Source: Ardenticatenia bacterium (GTDB lineage Bacteria > Chloroflexota > Anaerolineae > Aggregatilineales > JALXEW01). From it: DNA of 37,571 bases. This document shows positions 9,566-19,524 of this stretch, one piece after another. The notes beneath the pieces were generated by a model, which was given only the letters and a program-made list of their open reading frames with translations, did not search any database and was not told where the DNA came from. Within the stretch, counting starts at the first letter, position 1; each line of letters starts with the position of its first letter. Where the stretch lies: positions 1 through 37,571 of the forward strand of contig JALXEW010000273.1 in assembly GCA_027069285.1 (NCBI GenBank). The letters run 5' to 3'. The translations under genes were made by a program, and so were the position numbers.

Positions 9566-10294
9566 TCAAATTTTCAGCTTGCTTGTCAACCTGGCCCTGT
9601 GGAAGTTCATATTAACAGCCCGTACATAGACATCTCGCGGCACCAACTCCCGGCTGATCGTACTCAACGTCTCCGGCGACATCACCCCGTCCGTCACCAA
9701 CTGTCGTCCGGCTTCCCTGGCCGCCTCTAAAACATCCCCCATCGGCACCCCTAACTTTCGCATCACCTTCAAAGCGCCGCCGTGCGGGCGCAGGAGAGCG
9801 CCCGCGAACTCACGGCCTATATTTTTGCACATAGCCTTGACGTGAGTGACCATCGGATCGAAATTATCCAGCTCCCAGAACCCGCATACCGATACCAGCG
9901 CTATCTTCCCTGCCTTAGCATCCTCCCTCCTGGGGTGGCGGCAATGCTCATCCCTGATCTCGATAAACGGCTCCACCAACGGGAGCAGCCTATCTATCAA
10001 CATCTTGAGCGGTGCCGGGAGGCCATCCACATAAACCGGTGCCGCCAGCACCCAAATCTCAGCCTCGCGCATCTTAGGGTACACGTCGTTCATATCATCG
10101 TCGATGTAGCATCGCCCTGGCTCCTTGACCCAGCAGTGGAACTCGCCCGTACACGGCTTGATATTCAACCTCCTGGTGTACAAGACCTCCACATCCGTCC
10201 CCGCGTCCCTCATCCCCTCCAGGAAAGGCCCCAGGATCATAGCCGTATTACCGTGATCCATATGCGGGCTGGCATTGATCGCCACCACCTTCAT
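9566..10294 (-). CDS. Flavodoxin-fold NADPH-dependent FMN reductase / iron-sulfur flavoprotein (Isf/WrbA-like)
   Basis: MKVVAINASP..GNT (FMN phosphate loop), PCTGEFHCW..C..DDM, AAPVY..LK..IDR; SD AGGAGG. Confidence 0.88.
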   Translation of the reverse strand: MKVVAINASPHMDHGNTAMILGPFLEGMRDAGTDVEVLYTRRLNIKPCTGEFHCWVKEPGRCYIDDDMNDVYPKMREAEIWVLAAPVYVDGLPAPLKMLIDRLLPLVEPFIEIRDEHCRHPRREDAKAGKIALVSVCGFWELDNFDPMVTHVKAMCKNIGREFAGALLRPHGGALKVMRKLGVPMGDVLEAAREAGRQLVTDGVMSPETLSTISRELVPRDVYVRAVNMNFHRARLTSKLKI

Positions 10295-10317
10295 CAGCTC
10301 CCCCTCCTTGCCTGCGG

Positions 10318-11820
10318 TTATATATCGTATATCTGGCCGAACTTTTGGCGCAGATACCCCATGAAGGATCGTATCTGGATAGGCTCGCCGGTTGCGCGTT
10401 CCACCAACTCGGTCGGCATATACTTACGCCCGTGGTGGTGGATATTTTCCCTCATCCATCCGAGCAGCGTCCCGAACTCACCTCGCTCGATCTCCGACGG
10501 TATATCCGGATGTTCCTCCAGCGCCCTATCGTAAAGCTGTGCCGAGATCAAATTGCCCAGGGAATACGTTGGGAAATAACCTATAGCGCCCATTGACCAA
10601 TGGATGTCTTGCAAAATGCCCAGGGCGTCATTTGGCGGAGTCAGGCCCAGGAACTCATCCATTTTAGCGTTCCAGGCATCCGGTGCCTGATCCACCGTGA
10701 CCGTGCCGTCGATCAACTCATTTTCCAGCTCAAAGCGCAGCATGATGTGCAGGTTATAGCTCACCTCATCCGCGTCGACCCTGATATAGCCGGGCGCCAC
10801 CTTATTGATCGCCCGATAGAACGCATCCAACTTCACATCGCCGAGCTGATCTGGGAAAATCTCTTGCAGGCGGGGGTAGAAAGCGTGCCAGAACTCCCGG
10901 CTGCGCCCGACGATATTCTCCCACAGCCGGGATTGGCTCTCGTGTATCCCCAGGGACGTGCCATCTGCCAGGATAGAGCCTTCCAACTCCTGGGCGATAC
11001 CCTGCTCGTACATCGCGTGGCCTGCCTCGTGGATCGAGCTGAAGAGCGCCGACGTGAGAGAATCCGGCTCATACCTGGTCGTGATCCGCACGTCATTGAT
11101 CGAGAACGCGATCGTGAACGGATGTGCCGAGACATCCTGCCTGCCGCGCTCGAAATCGTACCCGATCTGTCTTATCACCTCGATTGCGAATTGCTCCTGC
11201 TTCTTCACATCGAAGTGCTGGTGCAGGAACGAATCGTCCACCGAGTCGGCCTGCTTGAAAATAGCCTGGGCCAGCGGAACCAACTCCTTCCTGAGCGCCC
11301 CGAATATCTCCCTGACCTGGGCCGTTTTCATCCCCGGCTCATATTCATCCAACAGCGCGTCGTACGGACAATCCTCGTATCCGAGATATTCCGCCTTGCG
11401 CAGATTCAGATCGATCATCTTAGCCAGCCAGGGCTTGAATATTGAGTAATCGGCCTCCTCCTTAGCCTTGACCCACTCACCGTGTGCCAGAGCTGCCGTG
11501 CGGGACATTTCCTCCACCCAATCCGGTGGCAGCTTAACCGCCAGGTCATAATCCCGCCTGGCCACGCGCAGGAGAGCGGCATCATCGCTATCGTAATCCA
11601 GCCCCTCGGCCTCCGTCTCCGCCGCCTCCAGCAGTCGGCCAGTTTCCTCAGACGTGAACAACTCGTGTGCCAGTCGGGAAAGGGTTGAGACCTGCTCTGC
11701 GCGGGCATTTGTGCCGCCGGGCGGCATATACGTTTGCTGATCCCAACGCAAAACCGCAGTGGCGGCCCGGATTCTATGCACCTCGCCGAGCCTTGCCTTA
11801 AGCTTTTGCAGACTTTCCAT
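10318..11820 (-). CDS. Carboxypeptidase Taq (peptidase M32)
   Basis: WDQQTYMP, HPF, DVRITTRY, HEAGH (HEXXH), HESQS, IRVDADE, QDIHW, GYFPTY. The start is 11820 (GGAG SD) or 11835. Confidence 0.96.
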   Translation of the reverse strand: MESLQKLKARLGEVHRIRAATAVLRWDQQTYMPPGGTNARAEQVSTLSRLAHELFTSEETGRLLEAAETEAEGLDYDSDDAALLRVARRDYDLAVKLPPDWVEEMSRTAALAHGEWVKAKEEADYSIFKPWLAKMIDLNLRKAEYLGYEDCPYDALLDEYEPGMKTAQVREIFGALRKELVPLAQAIFKQADSVDDSFLHQHFDVKKQEQFAIEVIRQIGYDFERGRQDVSAHPFTIAFSINDVRITTRYEPDSLTSALFSSIHEAGHAMYEQGIAQELEGSILADGTSLGIHESQSRLWENIVGRSREFWHAFYPRLQEIFPDQLGDVKLDAFYRAINKVAPGYIRVDADEVSYNLHIMLRFELENELIDGTVTVDQAPDAWNAKMDEFLGLTPPNDALGILQDIHWSMGAIGYFPTYSLGNLISAQLYDRALEEHPDIPSEIERGEFGTLLGWMRENIHHHGRKYMPTELVERATGEPIQIRSFMGYLRQKFGQIYDI

Positions 11821-12361
11821 GTCGAGAATCTCCATGTGGTGCTCTATACGCCGCGAACGAAGCAGCCGCCAGCCCCGATGCCAGAGCCATCACCTCTGGC
11901 CAGAGGCTACCGTCCTGAGCCGCGCACATCCAAAAGGCCGCAATCAGCCCAGCAGCCGTGGCGACCGCCTCGAACGCATTATATATCAGCGCCAACGCTA
12001 TGTACAGGCAAATGACAATACTAAGTGCGATCCACACCTGGGAGAAAAGCGCAGACGTCCTCCCGTAGAACGGGGCGTGAATCAGAGCAAAACCGTTCCA
12101 GCCCCTGGGGAAAAGATCGAAGCACAGATGCACTGCGTTGGCCAGCCCAAACCCAATTGCGAAACCCCTTGAGGCGAACGACCCGTGTCTGGGAGTGGGG
12201 GCAAAAGCCAGCAGCGGTAGAATGGCCCCATGCGTGAGCATTGAGCGATGCACCAGGAAGCCCAACTGCAAATCCAGATCCGGCACTCGCAAACCCGACC
12301 ATATCCCAAAGGCCAGCAGAACCACGCCTATCGCCTGGGAAGCGGGACGTTTACCGGACAT
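11798..12361 (-). CDS. Membrane protein, YdjM-like metal-dependent hydrolase
   Basis: Multiple TM segments with the pattern PDLD..HRSMLTH..HLCFD typical of YdjM-family inner-membrane hydrolases. Confidence 0.65.
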   Translation of the reverse strand: MSGKRPASQAIGVVLLAFGIWSGLRVPDLDLQLGFLVHRSMLTHGAILPLLAFAPTPRHGSFASRGFAIGFGLANAVHLCFDLFPRGWNGFALIHAPFYGRTSALFSQVWIALSIVICLYIALALIYNAFEAVATAAGLIAAFWMCAAQDGSLWPEVMALASGLAAASFAAYRAPHGDSRHGKSAKA

Positions 12362-12376
12362 TTGCCGAGCTTGCCC

Positions 12377-12790
12377 TTACAGAACCTTGAAGACCTTTGC
12401 CAGGGGTTCCCCGTATATACTCATCTCCCATTCGCATACCCATCCGAAAGGCGTCATCGTCACATCGTAACCGGTGCGGCGAAGGCGTTCGGCAGCCCCT
12501 TGCAAAAATCGGTCTGCGAACTCAGGTGGGGCATCGCTTTCCGAAAGGTGCGCGAACGAGTGCAAGACGATATTCCTGAAACCCCTCTTATTGGCCAACC
12601 ACTTCACATTCTTGACGAAACGGGTTTCCAGCTTTGGATCGTCCTCATCGCCCTCCTCGGCGTGGACGAAGATGACAGCAGCATCCCTGACCTCGGTATG
12701 CTCATCGGGATCGGCATCATCGGCGTCTTGCAGCACCTTCTGATATGGATTGAACGCGAATCGCTTAGCCATGAACATCAAAATGCGCAC
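12377..12790 (-). CDS. Stand-alone archaeal-type threonyl-tRNA synthetase editing domain (tRNA-Thr_ED, DTD-like fold)
   Basis: GTG start at 12790 after GGAGG (MRILMF...), IVLHSFAHLS (archaeal YPYAHLS), PFGW, GEPLAK. The ORF-track extension to 13141 overlaps the kinase and is rejected. Confidence 0.85.
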   Translation of the reverse strand: MRILMFMAKRFAFNPYQKVLQDADDADPDEHTEVRDAAVIFVHAEEGDEDDPKLETRFVKNVKWLANKRGFRNIVLHSFAHLSESDAPPEFADRFLQGAAERLRRTGYDVTMTPFGWVCEWEMSIYGEPLAKVFKVL

Positions 12791-12791
12791 C

Positions 12792-15700
12792 TCATACCTC
12801 CGGTTGGTGTCCGATGGGCAAACTGAAGTAAAACGTACTGCCCTTGCCGACCTCACTTTGCGCCCAGATACGGCCCCCGTGTTGCTCCACGATAGACTTG
12901 GCGATTGCCAGGCCCAAGCCCGTTCCCTCGATCTCACCTGCCCTATCACGGTCAAGCCGGTAAAACTTCTCGAATATACGCGGCAAATCCCTATCCGGGA
13001 TACCCAGACCGGTATCCTCCACGCTGATGACCACCTCGTCGCCGGATACATGGGCCGAGATCGTGACCCTGCCGCCTTCGGGCGTATACTTGATCGCATT
13101 GCTGAGCAAATTATCCAGCACCTGGCGGATCCGTCCCTCATCGCCCCTGACGGTTGGCAGGCCGGAAATCCCGTCGGTTGCCAGCTCTATACCCTTCCTG
13201 GCAGCGGAATCTGCATACCTGGATGCCGACTCCATGATCAGCGACGGTAACCTCACGTCCCCTATCGCCAACCCGATCCCGGCCTCGATCTTGCCCAGGT
13301 CCAGCAAATCATCGATCAGATCGCGCATCGCCTGCACATTATCCCGCATCTTCTCCAGGTAAGTTTTACCCTTCTCCTCGACCAGGTTTTGCATCTCCAG
13401 CAGGTCAACATAGCCTGCGATCACCGAGAGCGGATTCTTCAAATCATGTGACACAGTAGCGACGAAATCGCTTTTCATCTGATCCAACTCCTTGAAGTGT
13501 GTCACATCATTGAAGACCGCCACATAACCGATCACATTCCCGTCGGCATCCGATGCCGGGCTTAAGCTGGCGGCCAGAGCCCGCCCATTTGGGAGCGAAA
13601 GCTCGAACGCGCGCGGCTGCTTCGTCCTCAACATCGAGTTGACCTCTTTAGGGAACGGCGGGTGGGGGATCGCCTCGTATAGTGGCTTGCCGATCACCAC
13701 CTCCCGATTCACCCCCAGCAGATAGTGTGCCGATGGATTGACCAGCGTGACCTTGCCATGTGCATCCGTTGCCAGTACCGCGTCGGCGGCGCTATTCAAA
13801 ATAGCCTCCAGATAGCGCTTGGTGCGTTCCACCCTGTTGAAGAGCGTGGCATTTTCCAGCGCCACTGCTATCTGTATGCCGATGATCCTGGCGATTTCCA
13901 CGTCCTCTGGTGAGAAAATATGAGTCGGCCTCTTGGAATCCAGCCCTATCGTGCCGACCAGCTCGCCTTTGACCACCATCGGCACGATCATCATCGTCTT
14001 TATGCCGAGCCTTGCCAGAGTCTCTCTATTTGGCCCAAGCCGTGGGTTTTCGGCCACATTTTCCACGATCATCACCTGTGGGTTGGTGAGCATATCCTTC
14101 ATCAGGGGGTAATCCCTCAGCAGGATATGGACTCCCAATGCGCCCCAGTTCGGATACTCGGCCACCACGGTGCCGGATTCCGGCAGATTATCCCATAGCA
14201 GAATGCCACAGTGATCCACGTGCAAAAGTCGCACGATCTGCCTGGCGGCGTTATTCAGCACACTCTGTGTATCCAGCGTCGAGATCAACTCGGATACCTG
14301 GTGGAGTGAGGCAAGGCGATGGGCGTATACCTCCAATGCCTCCAGCGCCTCCTCACGTTCCGCGAAGAGCCTGGCCCGTTGTATCGCAGCGGCGGCCTGA
14401 TCGGCAAACGCCTGTACCAGCGAGACATGCTCATCCCGGTATCTGCCTGGCTCCTCGGCCCCCACTCCCAACACACCTATTGGCTTCCCCTGGAAGACCA
14501 ACGGCGCCCCTATCCACGACCTGATCTGCAGGCATCCCCTGGAGACCCACCTGGAGTCATCCTGAGTGTCGGCGATCAGGATAGGCTTGCCGGTTTCCAG
14601 CAGCTCCTTGTATAGCGGGTACGAGTCCACAGTCTGCACGCATGGGGTCGCATCATACACCGGCGGCTTGGAGACGGTACGGGCCATCCTATCGCCTTCC
14701 AGGAGCCACAGACTGGCCCTATCATATTCCACTATGCGGGCAAGCTGATCCAGGATCGACTCCAATACCTCGTCCAGGTCCATCGAAGAGGCGATCGCTT
14801 GCGAGATCTCCAAAAGCGTCCTGGCCGTCTCTCGGTATAACTTCAACCGGGCGCGTTCATGTTCACCGGTTACATCCCTTATCGTCACCACATAACTTGT
14901 CACGTCCCCTTGCGGTGAAAGATTCGGGATCACCTCTATCGAATAAAACTCCCCATCGTGCTCGATCTCGGTGCTACCGCCCATCTTATCCAGGGCGCAT
15001 CTGCGCACCGTATCGTACAGCCACCCCGGCATCACATCCGATGCAGCTTTCCTGGCTCCCACCTCCGGCAGCAGATACCCGGCCTGTCGGTTGGCCAGCA
15101 CCACATCCAGCTCCGGGCTTAATATGAGGATGGCGGTCGGCAGGCTATCTATCGCCGTCCTGATATTCCCGATCTCAGATGTCAGCAGCCCGCTCTGAAG
15201 CACCCCATAGCCTATCACCATCAGCGCGACAACCGAAGCGAATGCGTATACCATAAGGCTGTGCTCGTATGACCTGAGCACTATCATGCCCAACATCACC
15301 AATGCGCCGGGTGTCACCAGCAGCAGGTAGAGGGATGCCCGCCAGAGCCTGTCCCTGGGGCCTTTGACCAGGCGATATATCATCAAAGCGATCCCAACCA
15401 GGGCCAGCGCCGCATTCCATCCCAATATCAGCGTATTCGCCGTCGTGAAAATTATCTCCGGGCCAGACTCGGTGAGCAGAGTATCGTTCCAGCTCGTGTA
15501 CGGCGGGATAACACTATCCGCCAGCATGATCGCATTCAGCGCCGTTGCCCCGCCCACCACCCCGTAGACGATCGCCTTCCACACAGGCCCGCTCCGCACC
15601 GGCGAGTCCGGCTCGAACAGCAGCATCGCCACCACCATGAGCGTCAACCCGGTTCCCCACGGCAGGATCAGCATCAGCACCTGCTGCATATGTCGCAGGA

Positions 15701-15875
15701 GCGTCTCGTCATATACATCAAACATGGCTATAGTCAGCACGATCGCGGTGGTGGCCAGCGCGGTGATGATCGCGAACAGGCGGTTAGGCCGACCGGATGG
15801 GTTTAGCCAGTACACCCGGCTTCCCAAAGCCACCAGGGCTATAAGAGGGATTATCAGGAGATGTCCCAGCATCAT
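12792..15875 (-). CDS. Sensor histidine kinase: N-terminal 7TM, PAS, two GAF, PAS, HisKA, HATPase
   Basis: H-box VSHDLKNPL, N-box NLLSNAIKYT, G1 DTGLGI, F IFEKFYR, G2 GTGLGLAIAK, GAF motifs (IRSWIGAPL, MMIVPMVVKGELVGTI), and about 7 N-terminal TM helices. Confidence 0.95.
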   Translation of the reverse strand: MMLGHLLIIPLIALVALGSRVYWLNPSGRPNRLFAIITALATTAIVLTIAMFDVYDETLLRHMQQVLMLILPWGTGLTLMVVAMLLFEPDSPVRSGPVWKAIVYGVVGGATALNAIMLADSVIPPYTSWNDTLLTESGPEIIFTTANTLILGWNAALALVGIALMIYRLVKGPRDRLWRASLYLLLVTPGALVMLGMIVLRSYEHSLMVYAFASVVALMVIGYGVLQSGLLTSEIGNIRTAIDSLPTAILILSPELDVVLANRQAGYLLPEVGARKAASDVMPGWLYDTVRRCALDKMGGSTEIEHDGEFYSIEVIPNLSPQGDVTSYVVTIRDVTGEHERARLKLYRETARTLLEISQAIASSMDLDEVLESILDQLARIVEYDRASLWLLEGDRMARTVSKPPVYDATPCVQTVDSYPLYKELLETGKPILIADTQDDSRWVSRGCLQIRSWIGAPLVFQGKPIGVLGVGAEEPGRYRDEHVSLVQAFADQAAAAIQRARLFAEREEALEALEVYAHRLASLHQVSELISTLDTQSVLNNAARQIVRLLHVDHCGILLWDNLPESGTVVAEYPNWGALGVHILLRDYPLMKDMLTNPQVMIVENVAENPRLGPNRETLARLGIKTMMIVPMVVKGELVGTIGLDSKRPTHIFSPEDVEIARIIGIQIAVALENATLFNRVERTKRYLEAILNSAADAVLATDAHGKVTLVNPSAHYLLGVNREVVIGKPLYEAIPHPPFPKEVNSMLRTKQPRAFELSLPNGRALAASLSPASDADGNVIGYVAVFNDVTHFKELDQMKSDFVATVSHDLKNPLSVIAGYVDLLEMQNLVEEKGKTYLEKMRDNVQAMRDLIDDLLDLGKIEAGIGLAIGDVRLPSLIMESASRYADSAARKGIELATDGISGLPTVRGDEGRIRQVLDNLLSNAIKYTPEGGRVTISAHVSGDEVVISVEDTGLGIPDRDLPRIFEKFYRLDRDRAGEIEGTGLGLAIAKSIVEQHGGRIWAQSEVGKGSTFYFSLPIGHQPEV

Positions 15876-15923
15876 CGCCGATTTTTGCCGATTCGCCTTC
15901 GGTACCCGGTGAGCGTTTTGGGA

Positions 15924-15952
15924 AGTTTATGACTCCGGAGCGGTTGTGGCAA
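15924..15952 (-). promoter_or_regulatory. Putative sigma70 promoter of the kinase operon
   Basis: Minus strand TTGCCA - 17 nt - TAAACT. Confidence 0.55.
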
Positions 15953-16010
15953 GTCTCCGGTTTGCAGCGGCCTCAACGCGCCCGGACGTTTGGTGAGCCG
16001 CGGCCCTTTG

Positions 16011-16019
16011 TGATAAAAT
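16011..16019 (+). promoter_or_regulatory. Putative extended -10 promoter element for the ssb operon
   Basis: TG-A-TAAAAT about 80 nt upstream of ssb; the -35 is weak. Confidence 0.5.
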
Positions 16020-16101
16020 CGCGCCACGTGTTAACATCGTCAATAGGTGCGGGCGTATCTGGGTACCATGCACCCGTGCCGGGGTCCGAATGGAGTGAAT
16101 T

Positions 16102-16494
16102 ATGTACCAATACACCATCATAGTCGGAAACCTGGGCCGCGATCCGGAACTCAGATATACCGGGCGCGGCGATGCCGTCTGTAGCTTCACCGTGGCCGTC
16201 AACCGCCGCTGGACCGATCCGCAAACCTCGGAACTGAAAGAGAAAACCACATGGTTCAGGGTATCGGCCTGGGGCAGATTGGCCGAGACAGCAGCCCAGT
16301 ACCTGCGCAAAGGATCGAAAGTCCTCGTGACCGGCTCGGTTGATGCCTCTGCCTGGATAACTCAGGAGGGCGAGCCTCGTGCCACATTGGAACTACGGGC
16401 CTGGACGATCAGATTCCTGGATAGCCGCCGCGACGTCGAACCGGAAGGTGCGCCCGAACCCCCGCCGGAGGAACTGGGCGACATCCCGTTCTAA
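16102..16494 (+). CDS. ssb: Single-stranded DNA-binding protein
   Basis: IVGNLGRDPELRYT, TTWFRVSAWGRLAE, YLRKGSKVLVTG, acidic tail GDIPF. Confidence 0.97.
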   Translation: MYQYTIIVGNLGRDPELRYTGRGDAVCSFTVAVNRRWTDPQTSELKEKTTWFRVSAWGRLAETAAQYLRKGSKVLVTGSVDASAWITQEGEPRATLELRAWTIRFLDSRRDVEPEGAPEPPPEELGDIPF

Positions 16495-16577
16495 CCTGGG
16501 CGCGCGGGCCTGCAAACGCCTGAGTACCCGATAACTGCCGGGCCGTCCTCATACCGGCCCGGCCATCGGAGGTCGAA

Positions 16578-16916
16578 ATGAGCAAATCACCAAATCCGCG
16601 CCAGCTGAAACTGGAGATACCCGCCTCGGTGAACGCCACATATGCCAACTTCGTATTGATAAGCCACTCGCCGTCCGAATTCGTGCTGGACTTCGCGCAG
16701 ATATTGCCAGGGGTACCGCAGGCGCGGGTTTTCGCCAGGATCGTGCTCACCCCCACCAACGCCAAACTGCTTTACGACGCCCTGGGCGCGAACCTGGAAA
16801 AATACGAAGCCAAATTCTCCAAGATCAAAACCCCGCCCAGGCCGCCGTCCCTGGCCGATCAACTTTTCAGCAGCGTCAAACCACCTGAGCCACCTGAAAG
16901 CGGAGGCGAGGAGTGA
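16578..16916 (+). CDS. DUF3467-family protein
   Basis: YANFVLISHSPSEFVLDFAQILPG..ARIVLTP..AK.L..AL..N..KYE.KF; SD GGAGG. Confidence 0.85.
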   Translation: MSKSPNPRQLKLEIPASVNATYANFVLISHSPSEFVLDFAQILPGVPQARVFARIVLTPTNAKLLYDALGANLEKYEAKFSKIKTPPRPPSLADQLFSSVKPPEPPESGGEE

Positions 16917-17572
16917 GCCTGCGTGAGACGACTGCCATCCTGAGCGAGATCGGCGAGCGGATACGCGAGGGCATGGAAGAGAAAAACCACGCCCGCGAGA
17001 TCGCGCTCGAACGCTCCCGCCACCTCATCCGCTTCTGCGCCACCGCCATCCAGGCCGTTCACAGGGGCGATTGGGAGACGGCAGAACTCCACCTGGCCGA
17101 AGCGGAAAAAGTAGCGACCGAACTTCTTGCCGAGACCGAGGCACATCCGGACATACGCTCCGCCGGATATACCCAGGATGCTCTCAAAGAATACGCCGAA
17201 GCGCGTCTCACATACGCCTTTGTCAGGGACATAGCCCCCCCGTCGCCAAGTGAGATATTAGTCGATGGAGCGGCCTACCTCAACGGCCTGGCAGAGGCCG
17301 CCTCGGAACTGCGCCGCAGCATCCTGGACCTTATCCGCAGAGACCAATTTAGCGAGGCCGAAAGACTCCTGGCGCTCATGGACGGGGTATACGGCCTGCT
17401 CGTCACGTTTGACTTCCCGGACATGATCTCCGGCGGGCTGAGACGCCGGGTGGATTCAATGCGCATGGTACTCGAACGTACCCGTGGTGACCTGACCGTC
17501 GCGTTGCGCCAGCAGAACTTGCAAGAGGCCCTGCGCCGTCTCGAATCCCGGCTGAGAGAGGATGAGCGGTGA
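16913..17572 (+). CDS. Translin/TRAX (C3PO-like) family protein, predicted endoribonuclease / ss-nucleic-acid binding protein
   Basis: All-helical with REIAL..SR..IR..AIQAVHRG, KEYAEA, YLNGLAEAASELRR, GLRRRVD, matching the archaeal/eukaryotic translin family; GTGA overlap. Confidence 0.85.
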   Translation: MSLRETTAILSEIGERIREGMEEKNHAREIALERSRHLIRFCATAIQAVHRGDWETAELHLAEAEKVATELLAETEAHPDIRSAGYTQDALKEYAEARLTYAFVRDIAPPSPSEILVDGAAYLNGLAEAASELRRSILDLIRRDQFSEAERLLALMDGVYGLLVTFDFPDMISGGLRRRVDSMRMVLERTRGDLTVALRQQNLQEALRRLESRLREDER

Positions 17573-17816
17573 GCGGCAACCCCCAGATCATCAGGGCGAG
17601 TGAAGTGGGCAGATACGTCTATTGCAACCGCGCGTGGTGGTACATGCGGCAGGGCATCGAACCTTCCAATCTGGCCGAAATGGCCGCCGGGAGCCGGTAC
17701 CATCACCTGCACGGATTGCGCGTGAGGGCAGCACGGATCATGGCGATCCTGGCCGTTACCCTGCTCGTCATCGGAGTCGTGCTTACCGTGATCGTGTGGC
17801 TGCTCGGAGGGGTATG

Positions 17817-17820
<4 letters not shown>
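17569..17820 (+). CDS. N-terminal part of a split Cas4-family nuclease, with a C-terminal transmembrane helix
   Basis: IRASEVGRYVYCNRAWW is the Cas4 N-terminal motif with the first Fe-S Cys. G..YH is the motif I helix, followed by RVRAAR and a ~25-aa hydrophobic helix. Confidence 0.8.
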
Positions 17821-19447
<1,627 letters not shown>

Positions 19448-19524
19448 AGCGCCTGTCCGCTTCTACTTTTGAGCGCTCGCGAACCCATCTACCACCGTAT
19501 TCCGGAGGGGCTTATACGTTCTGA

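Noticed and set aside
12791-13141. N-terminal extension of the editing-domain ORF (254-aa call)
   Set aside because: It lies within the kinase ATPase domain in another frame; SD plus GTG at 12790 gives the expected domain size.
17622-17813. ORF-track N-terminal extension of the Cas4 C-half
   Set aside because: It overlaps the Cas4 N-half ORF in another frame, its sequence is not protein-like, and a good SD precedes 17817.
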